Shown here: piece by piece, positions 7,202-18,200 of the stretch
Position numbering within the stretch: the first letter of the stretch is position 1
How the letters are laid out: the number at the start of each line of letters is the position of its first letter
Virus record (IMG/VR): IMGVR_UViG_3300029258_002844
Length of the DNA stretch: 20,000 nt
Reading direction: 5' to 3' (one strand)
DNA from: an uncultured virus (IMG/VR IMGVR_UViG_3300029258_002844)
Taxonomy: Duplodnaviria > Heunggongvirae > Uroviricota > Caudoviricetes
Notes under the pieces: model-generated
The model's input: only the letters and a program-made list of their open reading frames with translations
Databases searched by the model: none
What the model was told of the DNA's origin: nothing
Program-made: the position numbers and the translations under genes

Positions 7202-9051
7202 CACACTCCTTGTTGTTGGACTTGTTCCAGCAGTGAGTCAACCGACAGCACTGATATGTTCAGCTTTTCAGCTTTCTTTTGTTTTCCAGAACTCTTAGAT
7301 GGGTCGGCAACAATTAAAGCTCCGAGAGTCTTGTCAACTTTTTCAACAACTTTGTATCGTGACCCAGAAAGCAAGGCATAATAAAAAGCCTTCTTTTCTG
7401 GAAACTTCCCGGTAAAACAAACGGTGATCTGATCCTCAGGAACAGCCTCTTCCTTCTCTCTTTTGATGGGGAGGATCTCCATAAGCTGACGGATATAGTC
7501 TTCATGGACTCTAACACCTGTGATTATAACAGCTGCGCGATCCGGTCCAACCATCTCATTCTCTTGTATTTTTTCATAACAATTTGGTTGAGTAACCAAA
7601 TTTAAAAGGTCATCAAGAGACATACTAGCCATAAGAGATTTGCTTAACGTCCGACCGATACCAGACATATTGACAGCAGCAAGAATTTGCCACTCAAAAA
7701 CTCCTCCTTCTTTGACCTTCTGTATTTCACCAAAGAGATTTTGAGCTGATGTCTCAGCAAAGCCAGGAAGGCGAAGTATATCATCTTTTGTCATATTAAA
7801 TATATCGATCAGGGATTGTGTGCCGAGAGTGTCCACCATCTTTTCTAGAGTTGGTTTACCCAATCTCTCAATACCAATACGAATGATCGAATCCATCAGT
7901 CGATTGACCATCTTACCAGGACAGGTTGTGCTGGTGCATACCATCTCTGGATCCTTAAACAAAACTTGACTGCCACACGATGGACATATATTGATGAACG
8001 GCTTTTCCCTCTTTTTGCCTGGGATGACGCTTTGCACGTCAGGAATTACATCCCCACAACGCTCAACAATGAGTGTATCCCCGATCTGAATATCATTGTC
8101 AGCGAGATACCTCATATTGTGTAGATTGATATTTGAAACAGTTACTCCGCTTATTTCTACCGGTATAACATTTCCAATGGGGGTTAAGTTGTGTTTTCCT
8201 TGACTCCATGTGATGCCAAGTAAGACAGTTTCACCAGTTGGGTTTGCAAACTTCAAAGCCATCTCACATTTTCTGTGGTGGTCTGTTGTGCCGAGTGTTT
8301 GACCATAGTCAAAATCTGCAAGCTTGATTACCAAACCGTCTGCAGGATAATCCATATCTTGAACTTGTGTGATGATCGCTTCCCAATTAAGGGATTCAAT
8401 ATCTTTTAACGATACCTTAATGAATTGTTGATGAAAATCAATAAGAGTTAGAATCGGTGCTTTGATGTCTTCATTGTCTTCCCTGTTGAGAATTCCGCCG
8501 ACGGCATTTCGAGAATTCTTGAATAATTCTCCGCCCTTCCTAACCAGGTTAAGTCTTTCTCTTTCGAAGACCGAATCCAACATCACAATCTCACCACGAA
8601 TCATTCCTTTGAATGATTTGGGCGAGATGTTCTGTTCACCCTGTTTTATTGTAATAATTGGGAGATGGTGTGTAATGTCTTCTCCCTCTTTTCCATCACC
8701 TCTAGTTGACAAGGTGCCATCCATTAACTCAGCAGAACACCCGTCATACTTTGGCTCAATTAAAAACAATTCCTCGGGTCCTCTTGCCACCTTCTTACAC
8801 CATTTGAACAATTCCTCCAGCTCATAAACTTTTGCTAAAGATAACATCGGGATAGTATGTTGAATCTTCTTACCCATTCCTCTTACAGGGGAATGTACTT
8901 GTTGTAAAACTGGACTATCAGGAGCAACCCGCTGGAGTTGCCGAACTTTGGCATCATACTCCGTATCTGATATAACAGTTTTATTCTCCACCCAGTATTG
9001 ACGATCATGTTCCTGAATTTCCTTCTCTAGTTGTTCTCTACTTTTCTCCAT
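7201..9051 (-). CDS. ligA: NAD+-dependent DNA ligase
   Basis: Domain Ia (HDRQYW...ISDTEYD), MLSL, EPKYDG (adenylated Lys), TRGDG, IRGE, NSRNAVGG, DGLVIK, ALKF, OB fold, C4 Zn finger (CPSC...CTSTTC), HhH repeats and a C-terminal BRCT domain (VCFTGKF). Confidence 0.97.
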   Translation of the reverse strand: MEKSREQLEKEIQEHDRQYWVENKTVISDTEYDAKVRQLQRVAPDSPVLQQVHSPVRGMGKKIQHTIPMLSLAKVYELEELFKWCKKVARGPEELFLIEPKYDGCSAELMDGTLSTRGDGKEGEDITHHLPIITIKQGEQNISPKSFKGMIRGEIVMLDSVFERERLNLVRKGGELFKNSRNAVGGILNREDNEDIKAPILTLIDFHQQFIKVSLKDIESLNWEAIITQVQDMDYPADGLVIKLADFDYGQTLGTTDHHRKCEMALKFANPTGETVLLGITWSQGKHNLTPIGNVIPVEISGVTVSNINLHNMRYLADNDIQIGDTLIVERCGDVIPDVQSVIPGKKREKPFINICPSCGSQVLFKDPEMVCTSTTCPGKMVNRLMDSIIRIGIERLGKPTLEKMVDTLGTQSLIDIFNMTKDDILRLPGFAETSAQNLFGEIQKVKEGGVFEWQILAAVNMSGIGRTLSKSLMASMSLDDLLNLVTQPNCYEKIQENEMVGPDRAAVIITGVRVHEDYIRQLMEILPIKREKEEAVPEDQITVCFTGKFPEKKAFYYALLSGSRYKVVEKVDKTLGALIVADPSKSSGKQKKAEKLNISVLSVDSLLEQVQQQGV

Positions 9052-9052
9052 A

Positions 9053-9328
9053 TTACCTCCTGAAATTCTTATCCAATGTTACAAGTGCTTTATTCCAAGC
9101 CGGAAAATTCTCCATAAGTTTAAGAGCCTCAATAACAGCAAGACGCCCATCAAGATCATTTGCAACATCATAAATGGCATCTCCAAGGAGATCAGTTAAC
9201 ATATGTTCATCATTAAACATTTCGTCAGCGTCAAGACTAGAATCCTCCATTGCAGCTTCACTACATGACGTTCTGATTCGCTGACAAATTTTCTGTGCTA
9301 TTCTTCTCATCCCCTCCGTGATCACCAT
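9053..9328 (-). CDS. Hypothetical acidic helical protein
   Basis: 91-aa ORF with GGAGG RBS. It ends 1 nt before the ligA start and carries the ligA RBS. Confidence 0.7.
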   Translation of the reverse strand: MVITEGMRRIAQKICQRIRTSCSEAAMEDSSLDADEMFNDEHMLTDLLGDAIYDVANDLDGRLAVIEALKLMENFPAWNKALVTLDKNFRR

Positions 9329-9557
9329 TTTCTACCTCCATATCTTTGTCTTTTGTTCCTCGAAATACTTTTAACTTCTCTATTAGTATCTCGGCCTCGG
9401 TAATTTTCATCTTCAGAAACTTAATTGCAGCTTCTGGATTTCTGCTGATTAATGAATTGATCTGGGTTTTACATTCCCAACAAGGGTCACAAAGGCGGGT
9501 GCCTATCATCTTTGTGGGTTGCCCACAAATGTCGCAGGAAACAGCTTGGTTAGTCAT
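9261..9557 (-). CDS. Hypothetical protein with N-terminal Zn finger (CDIC...CDPC)
   Basis: AAGGAG RBS and two CxxC pairs. The 3' end overlaps the next gene by 68 nt. Confidence 0.65.
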   Translation of the reverse strand: MTNQAVSCDICGQPTKMIGTRLCDPCWECKTQINSLISRNPEAAIKFLKMKITEAEILIEKLKVFRGTKDKDMEVENGDHGGDEKNSTENLSANQNVM

Positions 9558-9575
9558 TACATTACTCCTTCTCCT

Positions 9576-10082
9576 CTATTTATTTTGTACATCTTGATAT
9601 TGTTTTTCAAGGTGGTCCCACAATATTTCTTTTGGAAACATACATATAAATCTACAATATGTTTCTCTGGCGTCTTTTAACTTACCAGTAAATATTGGGT
9701 ATTTCAAAACTTCCTCATAAAAAGCTTGTTTGTAGTTAGGGTGTTGATGTAGACATTCAACATGATATATTGTTACTAAAGCGAAACATGGGAGATTCCG
9801 TTTCCATGAATCAACAATCGTAACAAAAATCTCCCTTTGTCTTTGTGGAAGAACAATCAGAAAGTCCCCAAAATGTTTAACTCTGTCTGTATACCCTATT
9901 TCGCCAGGGAGTTTTGTAAGCCATTCACCAACAGTTTTGTATTTTTTGTGTATTGGTTCTGGTTCTCCCTTAACAAAATACATTAAAAAATCTATAATCA
10001 ATTGATCCCAATCTTTCTCTGTATATTCTGCAACAGCAGTTTGATCTAAACCTGTTTCGAAAATTGATTCAACTAAAGTCAT
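9576..10082 (-). CDS. Hypothetical protein
   Basis: 168-aa ORF with GGAGG RBS; first gene of the minus-strand block. No motif recognised. Confidence 0.75.
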   Translation of the reverse strand: MTLVESIFETGLDQTAVAEYTEKDWDQLIIDFLMYFVKGEPEPIHKKYKTVGEWLTKLPGEIGYTDRVKHFGDFLIVLPQRQREIFVTIVDSWKRNLPCFALVTIYHVECLHQHPNYKQAFYEEVLKYPIFTGKLKDARETYCRFICMFPKEILWDHLEKQYQDVQNK

Positions 10083-10100
10083 TTTTCCTCCCTATTCTCC

Positions 10101-10115
10101 AGAACAAAATATAAA
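10101..10115 (+). promoter_or_regulatory. Putative plus-strand (late-class?) promoter motif AGAACAAAATATAAA
   Basis: Lies just upstream of the RBS of 10135..10803. Related motifs occur at 10819-10833 and 11026-11040. Confidence 0.45.
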
Positions 10116-10134
10116 CACATACAAGGAGAATTTT

Positions 10135-10803
10135 ATGAATGATGAAATAAATGAAGCAACCTACTTCAGTGATAAAGGACAAGTTCTATGTCAAGTATGT
10201 AGGAAGCCTTACGGAGTAATTGGTTCAACACATTTGAAAAAACATGATATGACAATGGAGCAGTATAAGGAAAAATTTCCAGATGCTCCGTTAAGTTCTA
10301 AGTCATTTAAAGTCAGAGCTAAGATGAGAGACCTTAAAGGATTTGGTAGTTCTGATGAAGGGATAACTGATGAACGCCCTAATCCTTTAATGGAAGATTT
10401 AGATGCACCCATCTCTGCAAAAGTAATACGAGAAAAAGCAAAAGCGTTAGAAGCTAAAAAACCAGAACCAGAACCAGAACCAGACAAACTTCCACCTATT
10501 CTTCAAAGTAAGGTGGATATTATGAAATTCCTCAAGACACTTTATCCTGTCATTCGAGAGAATTATTCCATCGAAAAGAAAAATACAGATAACTGGCTGG
10601 TGTATTGTTTTATTACAGATATTGTTGATTTACAAACCAAGACGATATTTGACTTTCCAAATGCTTATTGGCATAATCGAGATGGTAGACAAGATTATAA
10701 CAAAGAGAATAAATTGATGGAAGATGGTTGGACAATACACACATTTAATAGTCCAAACCCAACTATCGATATGTTAAAAGATAAGCTTGATCTAGTCTTC
10801 TAA
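10135..10803 (+). CDS. C2H2 (Ros/MucR-like) Zn-finger protein fused to a Vsr/DUF559-like endonuclease-fold domain
   Basis: N-terminal CQVC-x10-HLKKH-DMTMEQYKEKFP, a PEPEPEPD linker, and C-terminal TDIVD...IFDFPNAYWH...D..K...L...GWTI, resembling the D...IExDGxYWH...GW pattern with substitutions. Confidence 0.65.
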   Translation: MNDEINEATYFSDKGQVLCQVCRKPYGVIGSTHLKKHDMTMEQYKEKFPDAPLSSKSFKVRAKMRDLKGFGSSDEGITDERPNPLMEDLDAPISAKVIREKAKALEAKKPEPEPEPDKLPPILQSKVDIMKFLKTLYPVIRENYSIEKKNTDNWLVYCFITDIVDLQTKTIFDFPNAYWHNRDGRQDYNKENKLMEDGWTIHTFNSPNPTIDMLKDKLDLVF

Positions 10804-10818
10804 CTTCATTCAAAAAAC

Positions 10819-10833
10819 AGAACAAATATTAAA
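10819..10833 (+). promoter_or_regulatory. Putative plus-strand promoter motif AGAACAAATATTAAA
   Basis: Close match to 10101-10115; intergenic. Confidence 0.4.
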
Positions 10834-10886
10834 TACACATCATTGAGATGCTTGTTATCAAATATCAGTTACGAGTTTTTAATTAC

Positions 10887-10912
10887 GAGGACGTCACACA
10901 GTTGGCGTCCTC
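10887..10912 (+). other. GC-rich stem-loop in an AT-rich intergenic region
   Basis: GAGGACGTCA-CACAGT-TGGCGTCCTC: 10-bp stem with one G-U pair on the plus strand. Confidence 0.55.
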
Positions 10913-10934
10913 ACCCTCAAAAACAATCCTCATA

Positions 10935-10955
10935 TTCAATGAGTAATATATATAG
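10935..10955 (-). promoter_or_regulatory. Putative phage promoter CTATATATATTACTCATTGAA (second exact copy)
   Basis: Identical to 5195-5215 over 21 bp. Confidence 0.6.
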
Positions 10956-11025
10956 TTTCTTAATATTCATTGGAAACAATCCCTCAAACATGTTCAATTC
11001 TGAATACCAATATAGAACAATTCAA

Positions 11026-11040
11026 AGAACAAATTAAAAA
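11026..11040 (+). promoter_or_regulatory. Putative plus-strand promoter motif AGAACAAATTAAAAA upstream of the virion-like genes
   Basis: Third AGAACAAA-A/T-rich copy, preceded by a partial copy (AGAACAA) at 11014. Confidence 0.4.
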
Positions 11041-11102
11041 ATAACAGTCCGGTTTTCGTGATTTTATAGAATGTGACTTATACAGTCTTAGGAGGTCAAG
11101 GA

Positions 11103-11894
11103 ATGGGTAACACTATCCCAACACAACTTCGAAGTATTGATCCCTACGCTTCGTATAATTCAGATATTGCAAATCGCCTGACGAGGATAGTTACCTCCGG
11201 GGTTGACTGTCTTCTCTATCCTGATCCAATTGATGTAATTGCAAATGATAGTACAAGCGTAATTGTAACTTCTGGTAAGTGTGTTAAAGATGATGTTTAT
11301 ATTGAAATACAACAAATGACAGTACCGCTTGATGATGCTGATTTTTTCGTTGATTCAACTTCAGCATGGGATTCAGTTGGTTATTATTATGTTGTTGTTA
11401 ATTACACATATGCAAAAGTCCAACCAGCAAATGTGGCATCAATTGGAATTATAAAACCCTCACAACGAACAACCTCGTTCGATTCAAGACATCTCTTCTT
11501 AGCATGTCTGGATGTTGGTCCAGATGGTGGAGGAGGTTATCAAGTTGATGCTATTCTTGACTACGATCCAGATTGGCCAAATAATCGGAGAATCCTACGT
11601 GGAGCCGATCCGTCAGGAGTTGTAGCATCCTATATTGTGGTTAGTACAAATTATTCTGCTGACCCTGATGACTCAAACATCAAAGCTTCTGGTAATACAA
11701 CAATAACGTTACCACCAGTAGCAACAAGTCCAAAACAAATAAGAATCATTAAAACTGATTTGCCCCCAACTAAAATTACAGTCGTGCCTTATGCAGGCGA
11801 CTATATAGATAATGCAACTTCAATTGAAATGACTGGACGTTGGAATGAAGTTACATTACTTCCAGACAACATTCAAACATGGGTTGAAATTTAA
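11103..11894 (+). CDS. Putative virion (baseplate/tail-fibre-associated) protein
   Basis: Start placed at ATG 11103 after AGGAGG (the track starts at GTG 11073). Acidic and beta-rich. The C-terminal TITLPP...IRIIKTD...ITVVP..GDYID pattern resembles modules common in phage tail/baseplate proteins. The assignment is by pattern recall and context only. Confidence 0.55.
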   Translation: MGNTIPTQLRSIDPYASYNSDIANRLTRIVTSGVDCLLYPDPIDVIANDSTSVIVTSGKCVKDDVYIEIQQMTVPLDDADFFVDSTSAWDSVGYYYVVVNYTYAKVQPANVASIGIIKPSQRTTSFDSRHLFLACLDVGPDGGGGYQVDAILDYDPDWPNNRRILRGADPSGVVASYIVVSTNYSADPDDSNIKASGNTTITLPPVATSPKQIRIIKTDLPPTKITVVPYAGDYIDNATSIEMTGRWNEVTLLPDNIQTWVEI

Positions 11895-11922
11895 CACTTC
11901 TGTTCCAAGGAGGAAATAAGTC

Positions 11923-12210
11923 ATGGATTATCGGTTTGAAGACGTATATAATAGACTCACTACACTAGAAGCTGGCGGTGGCGGTGGAACCAATGGATAT
12001 ACAGAAGAGGTTACAACCCCAGCCACTGAATGGGTTATTACACATAATCTAGAAACATACGGAATTATGGTACAATGTTGGGATGGCATTGAAGAAGGTG
12101 CTGACAAAATTATGCCAGCTAATATCAATATTGATAGTACATCCCAAATTACAATTGACTGGGGTGCTGAAGAAGTATCCGGTAGAGTAGCCATTGTTGC
12201 AACAAGTTAA
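11923..12210 (+). CDS. Small putative tail-fibre-associated protein
   Basis: AGGAGG RBS. A short coiled segment (RLTTLE) and Gly linker precede a WVITHNL...VQCWD...ITIDW...SGRVAI beta domain, a W-x-I-x-H-N-L module frequent in phage fibre proteins. Confidence 0.6.
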   Translation: MDYRFEDVYNRLTTLEAGGGGGTNGYTEEVTTPATEWVITHNLETYGIMVQCWDGIEEGADKIMPANINIDSTSQITIDWGAEEVSGRVAIVATS

Positions 12211-12236
12211 GAATATCTCAAGGAGTCTACTACGTT

Positions 12237-15200
12237 ATGAAATATTACGGTGTAAATCTTAAAGGCGATCTTACAAGACGCACAGATTTCGAATTAATTG
12301 CGCCTCTATTAGGAGAGGCCAATAAATCATATATACAAAGTCTCCTAGATTACCGTGAAGGAAATGCGGCGCGTTATTACCATTCCAACGTTGTAGACAA
12401 TATTCAAGGAGATGTTGTTACTGGACGCGATGACTTTTTTCGTGGTGTTCCTCCTGCTGGTGAACAAATTGATATCACGAGTTTGAAGGGATTGATTGAC
12501 GGTGGTAATTACTGGATCAGCAGAACGTCAATGGGTGTGAATGCAGGAAATTGTCAACATTCAACCTTAAGTCTTACTTCAGATACAGGTGTTGTTGCTG
12601 GTGGATACAATGGTTCTGGATACAATGGTTTAGCTCAATTACATACCAATTCAACTAATTACTGGAGACTAACAACCGACTTAGTATATTCAAGATATTC
12701 GTCAGCCGGATTTAGTTTAACATCTAATGGTGGAGTAATATCTTCAGGTGCTATTTTCGGTGTTGGTTATTCTGGTCTTTCTGAAGAATATAAAGCTGCT
12801 GAGGATACATGGTCCTCTATAACAACTCGAACTATAGCAAGTGAATATCCTATTGCATTTTCATTAACTTTAGATACTGGAGTTGTTGCTGGTGGTTCTA
12901 ATGGTTCTGGTCATACAGGAAATGCAACAAGATATTCTTCAACCGCAGATTCATGGACAAGCAGAACTCCTATGACAAATCCACACACGGGTGGAGGAGG
13001 AAGTTCTTTTACTACAGATATTGGTTTAGCTGGTGCTGGTGGTAATGGTTCTGGTTATCATGATTTTGTAGAAACATATTCAGATTCCTCAAATGCGTGG
13101 ACATCAAAAACTGATGTTGGGGCTAGTCGACAAATAAGTGGTCCCGGTGGAGTATCCCAAACTACAGATAAAATGATTCTCTCTTGTGGCATTGACTATC
13201 CTGGTCCAGTAAGAGCAGGACGTTCAGATCAATTTAGTCTATCAGCAAATTCATGGATTGCAAAAACTAATAATCCACAAGCAACAAGTTATAGAGCTCC
13301 AATTGTTTTCTCTTGTAATTCTTTTAATGTTTGTGGAGGTAATTATCCAGCAGAAAGAAACGAAGTTCATAGATTCAAAGACTCTTCTACTATATTTGAC
13401 AATCAAACATTATCAACATATCAACACCCAAATGCAGCGGTTCCAAAAACTGATGTAAACTATTATGGTGATAATCTAGTTCCTAATGGCGACATGGAAT
13501 TAGATGATGATACGTGGATTGATTTCGGAACTCCATCATTAAATGCAAGAGACAGTTATAAATTTAGCGGTAATTACAGTCGTAAACTTCAAACTGATGG
13601 TAATAATGAAGGTATGAGAATGGCTGATCATAAAGCCATGACCACTGAAACTGGAAAGACATATAAATTTAGTGTAATGGTCTATGCTCAAACAAATAGC
13701 AATGTTTATATACAAATTAATCGTGGTGATGGTGGTAGTGCTCAAGCATTTACATATAGTAGTTTAACTACTCCTGCATGGAATCTTGTTGAATTTGAAT
13801 ATGTAGAAACTTCTGGTGGAAATAATTGTATTATTTATTTAGTTAGCGGTGGTGGCGCTGGAAATACATATTATTTTGACGACGTACAATTCAAAGAAGT
13901 ATTAGAAACAAAATGTGCGAAAAATATTGTGTTTACAAAAGATCTTAGTCACACCACTGATGAAATTAAACATATAGTTGTTACAACTTTGAATCAAAAA
14001 AGAGATCCAGTTACAATGAATGGATACTGGACTTTTAGAAATCCAATGGTTCCAAGTAGAGCAACTGAAGGAAGCTTTGGTTTAACTGATGATTTTGCAA
14101 TTGTTTCTGGTGGTTGGGTATCTTCTGCCTTTAATGACACAAATAGATATGTTAATTCAAAAAATGCATGGACCGCAAGAACTAATATTCTTACAGCACG
14201 AAGTTCGTTTGACGGTTTTAAACTAGACACAAATTATGGTGTTATGGCTGGCGGCACAACAACTGGCGTGAATTTTACAAACACAACTGACAAATATAAT
14301 AATGCTGGAGATGTTTGGGCAGCAAGAACAGGAATGAATATTGCAAGAATTTATTGTAGATCATTTCCATTAACATCTGATACAGGTCTTGTATGTAATG
14401 GAAACAACGGTACACAATATCTTGGAAATGTTGAACGCCATTCAGATTCTGGAAATAGCTGGACTAATAGAACACCTACATTAGATAATGTTGTATCTCC
14501 TGGCGGTTTTGATTTAACAGAAGATCTTGGTATTATTAATGGTGGATATAATAACAGTGCTCAATATAAAGATACAGTTTGGAGATATTCTGATTCTGGA
14601 AATGCTTGGATAAACCGAACAGTTATGTCTCAAGGAAGAAGACAACAACAATGTTTTAAATTAACAACAACAACAGGCGTAATGGCGGGTGGTTATAATG
14701 GAGCATCAGATGGCTGGTTATATCACTCTGAACACTTTGATGATTCTCAAAATGCAATATCAACAAGAACGGATCTTCTAGAATCGGTTAGACACGGACA
14801 AGGTATTGATATTTCTACATCATATGGTCTTGTTGCTGGTGGATATGTTGGTGGAGGAACTGTAGGTGGGCATACACAACGGTTTGTCAACTCGGAAATT
14901 TCTTCTATTCAACAACCAACAATTGATATTTCATTATCAGGCAATGATGATGAATCACAAGAGTTTGATTTAAAAGATCAGCCTCTTGATACTTTAATTG
15001 ATTTGACAGGTAATGTAAATACTGGAGGGTGGACTTCTATATCCTCTCTTAGTTTTCCAAGGATGAACGTACAAGCATTTGGTGGAATTAATACAACTAA
15101 GGGTATTGTATGCGGTGGCAATAATACATCTAATCTTTCAGTAGTTCAACGTTATGACGACAGTGAAAACGCATGGTATCAAAGGACTGACTTACCTGAA

Positions 15201-18200
15201 GTAAGACTACAGGGAGCAGGTTTTGGAATTACATCAAATCTTGGAATAGTAGCTAGTGGATACAATGCTTCAGCTACAGTCCAAGTGTCATCTGTTAGAT
15301 ATAACGATACTGGTAATTCATGGGCTTCAAGAGGTAATATAAATACAGCTGTTTTTGATAACGTAGCTTTTGGTTTAGATAGTGATAAAGGTATTTGTGC
15401 TACAGGTAGTAATGGAACCAATCTCGGAAATACAGAAAGATATTCTGATTCAGGAAATAGTTGGACAAATAGAACCGCTCTATCAGCAGGAAAGAAAAAT
15501 GCTGCAGCATTCAATTTCACAACTGATACAGGAGTTTTAGCAGGCGGTGAAAACTCAACATCTATATTAAATACAACTGATCTGTATTCAAACTCTGGAA
15601 ATTCATGGACTTCCAAAGCTCACTTTGGTATCAACAGAAGAGGTGCGTTTGGTATTGAATTAACATCCTCTACAGGATTAATGGCTTGTGGTGAAAACTC
15701 ATTAGTATATATGTCGCTTGCTAATAAATATTCTGGATCCACAAATGTGTGGTCTAGTAGGGAAGGTGCTTTATTTGGACAAGCTAACGGTGGAGATATT
15801 AATCTTTCTTCAACTACAGGAGTTGTTGCTGGTGGAAGAAGTGATGACTATATTTCAACAGTGCAAAGATACAATGATGAAGGTGCAAAATCTATATTAG
15901 AACCGGCTGGTATTTGGCAACAAAGAACCAATTGTTTATCCGGAGGTACTCTTCCTTGCGGTGTAGGACTTACAGATGATATGGGAATTCAATCTGGCGG
16001 GCATCTTGGGTTTTGGAATAATACAGTAGAAAAATATACAAATTCAAGTAATGGTTGGATACAAAGAGTTAACAATCCTGAAACAAAATATGGATCTTCT
16101 GGATTTAGTTTAGAAAGTAATAAATGTATAGTCGCAGGTGGCAGAAACGCTACATTCTCTGCAAGAAATGATCGTTTTGAAGAAGCAAATAACATATGGG
16201 TTTCAAGAACTGCAATGACAACCGCTAGGTCAGGTGCTGCAGATTTTGGAATAAATAGTAATCAAGGTATTGTTGCATCAGGAGAAAATGGTAGCACAAT
16301 TTCATCTGTTGAAAGATTTAATGATAGTGGAAATAATTGGACAACAAGAACTTCAGTAAACTTAGCAGTAAAAAATCCTGCTGGTTTTACTTTAAATTCT
16401 GGTCTTGGAATTAAAGCTGCTGGTTGGGATGCTTATTCAACAACAAACGTTGTTGAAAAATATTCAAATGTAAATAATAATTGGATTTATGTTTCAGGTC
16501 TTTCAGACCACGTATATCAGTGTACAGGATTTGAATTAAATGGAGATAAGGGTATAGTTTGTTCTGGTAGAAGAAGTAGTGGTGATAATTTCGCAAATAA
16601 CACAAATCGTTACTCTAATACAGATAACATATGGTCGAGCAGAACAGAAAAAATTACAAAAGTATATGCACCAGGTAGTTATGGTTCTGGAGCATCAAAA
16701 CAACAAGGAATATTAGCCGGTGGTCTAGATCCTCGTAATGTAAAAACAGTTGAAAGATACACGGATAGTGCCATTGCTGCTACTGTTAATCCTGCAGGTT
16801 ATTGGACATATCGAACAGAGGTTGGTACAAGAAGATATGGGGGCGCTGGAATTACACTAACCACAAATACAGGATTATTCTGCAGTGGAAACAATGGTTC
16901 AACATATGTCGATAACACCGATAAATATGATGACACTGAGAACACCTGGTCATCAAGATCAGCTGCAAGAAATAGACAAGATGGTACAGCTTGGGGATTA
17001 TCTTCTGACTATGGAATTTTTGCTAATGGTTATAACGCAAGTTATTTGGGTAATACAGATCGTTACTCGGACTCAGGTGATTCTTGGACAGCTAGAACAG
17101 CAGGATTTGTAAGAGATAGTTGCTCTGGTTTCGGTTTGGATACTGATTTAGGTATAACAGCTGGTGGTAACAATGGAGCTGAATCTTACCAAGCATATGT
17201 ACAAAGATTCTCAGAAACAGGAAATGCTTGGACAAGTAGGACCAGTTTAAACACTGGAAAATTCCAAGCTTCAGGAGTTGGATTAACATCTGATATTGGA
17301 GTGGAAGCTGCTGGTACTGAGAGTGGTGGTTATTCAGTAAAAACTGAAAGGTATTCAGATTCTGGAAATTCTTGGGTAAGTGTTGCTGATAAACCAGCTT
17401 CCGCAACTAATATGGACGCCTTCAAAATCAGCGATAACTTAGCTATTACTGCTGGTGGTAAAAATGGCATTAGATTACAAAATTCTGACAAGTTCCACAA
17501 TGCAGAAAATACGTGGTCTGTGAGAGCTCCAATGAATAGAGAACGAAGTAGAGTTGCTGAATTCGCTATTGGTTCCTCACAAGGTATTGTTGCTGGCGGT
17601 AGAGCACAGACTCTTGAGTATATTGGAACCACTGAAAGATTCACAGACACATATACATCTGAAGCGATCAATCCTTACTACAAATTAAGATTGAAATTTA
17701 ACTTGTATCGAGATATTCAAGGTGATAGTTGGACTAATAGAACCAGTTCTTCAAATCCTCGAGGATGGATTCACGGGTTTAGTTTAACGTCAGATCAAGG
17801 GATCTCTTCAGGTGGTTACAATGGATCAGAAGTAAATACAAATGAAAAATACACAAATTCAACTGATAATTGGTCAAGTAGAACTAGTATGCCTACAACT
17901 AAATATGCAGGCGCTCATATTTCTTTTACTTCTGATCATGGAATAGTTGCTGGTGGATATGACACAGGTGCTGATTCAAGAACGGATATGTTTTCAGATT
18001 CTAGTAATGTATGGGTAAATAAAACAGGAATTAGTATAGCAAGATATTATTTAGACGGATTTTCTCTAACTACAAACCAATGTATTGTTGCTGGTGGTAA
18101 TAATACATCTGGACCACAACAAAGAACTGAGTCATACTCGTCGTCATCAAATAACTGGACAACAAAAACAAACTTAACAATAGGGAGTTATGACCATACA

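Noticed and set aside
10094..10131. Inverted repeat ATTCTCC...GGAGAAT that could sequester an RBS
   Set aside because: Only 7 bp with a 24-nt loop, and explained by two divergent Shine-Dalgarno-like sequences.
10462..10485. CCAGAA hexamer repeat
   Set aside because: An in-frame PEPEPEPD linker; too short to suggest phase variation.
10843..11037. 64-aa plus-strand ORF
   Set aside because: TTG start without an RBS; it runs across promoter-like motifs and a hairpin; composition is not protein-like.
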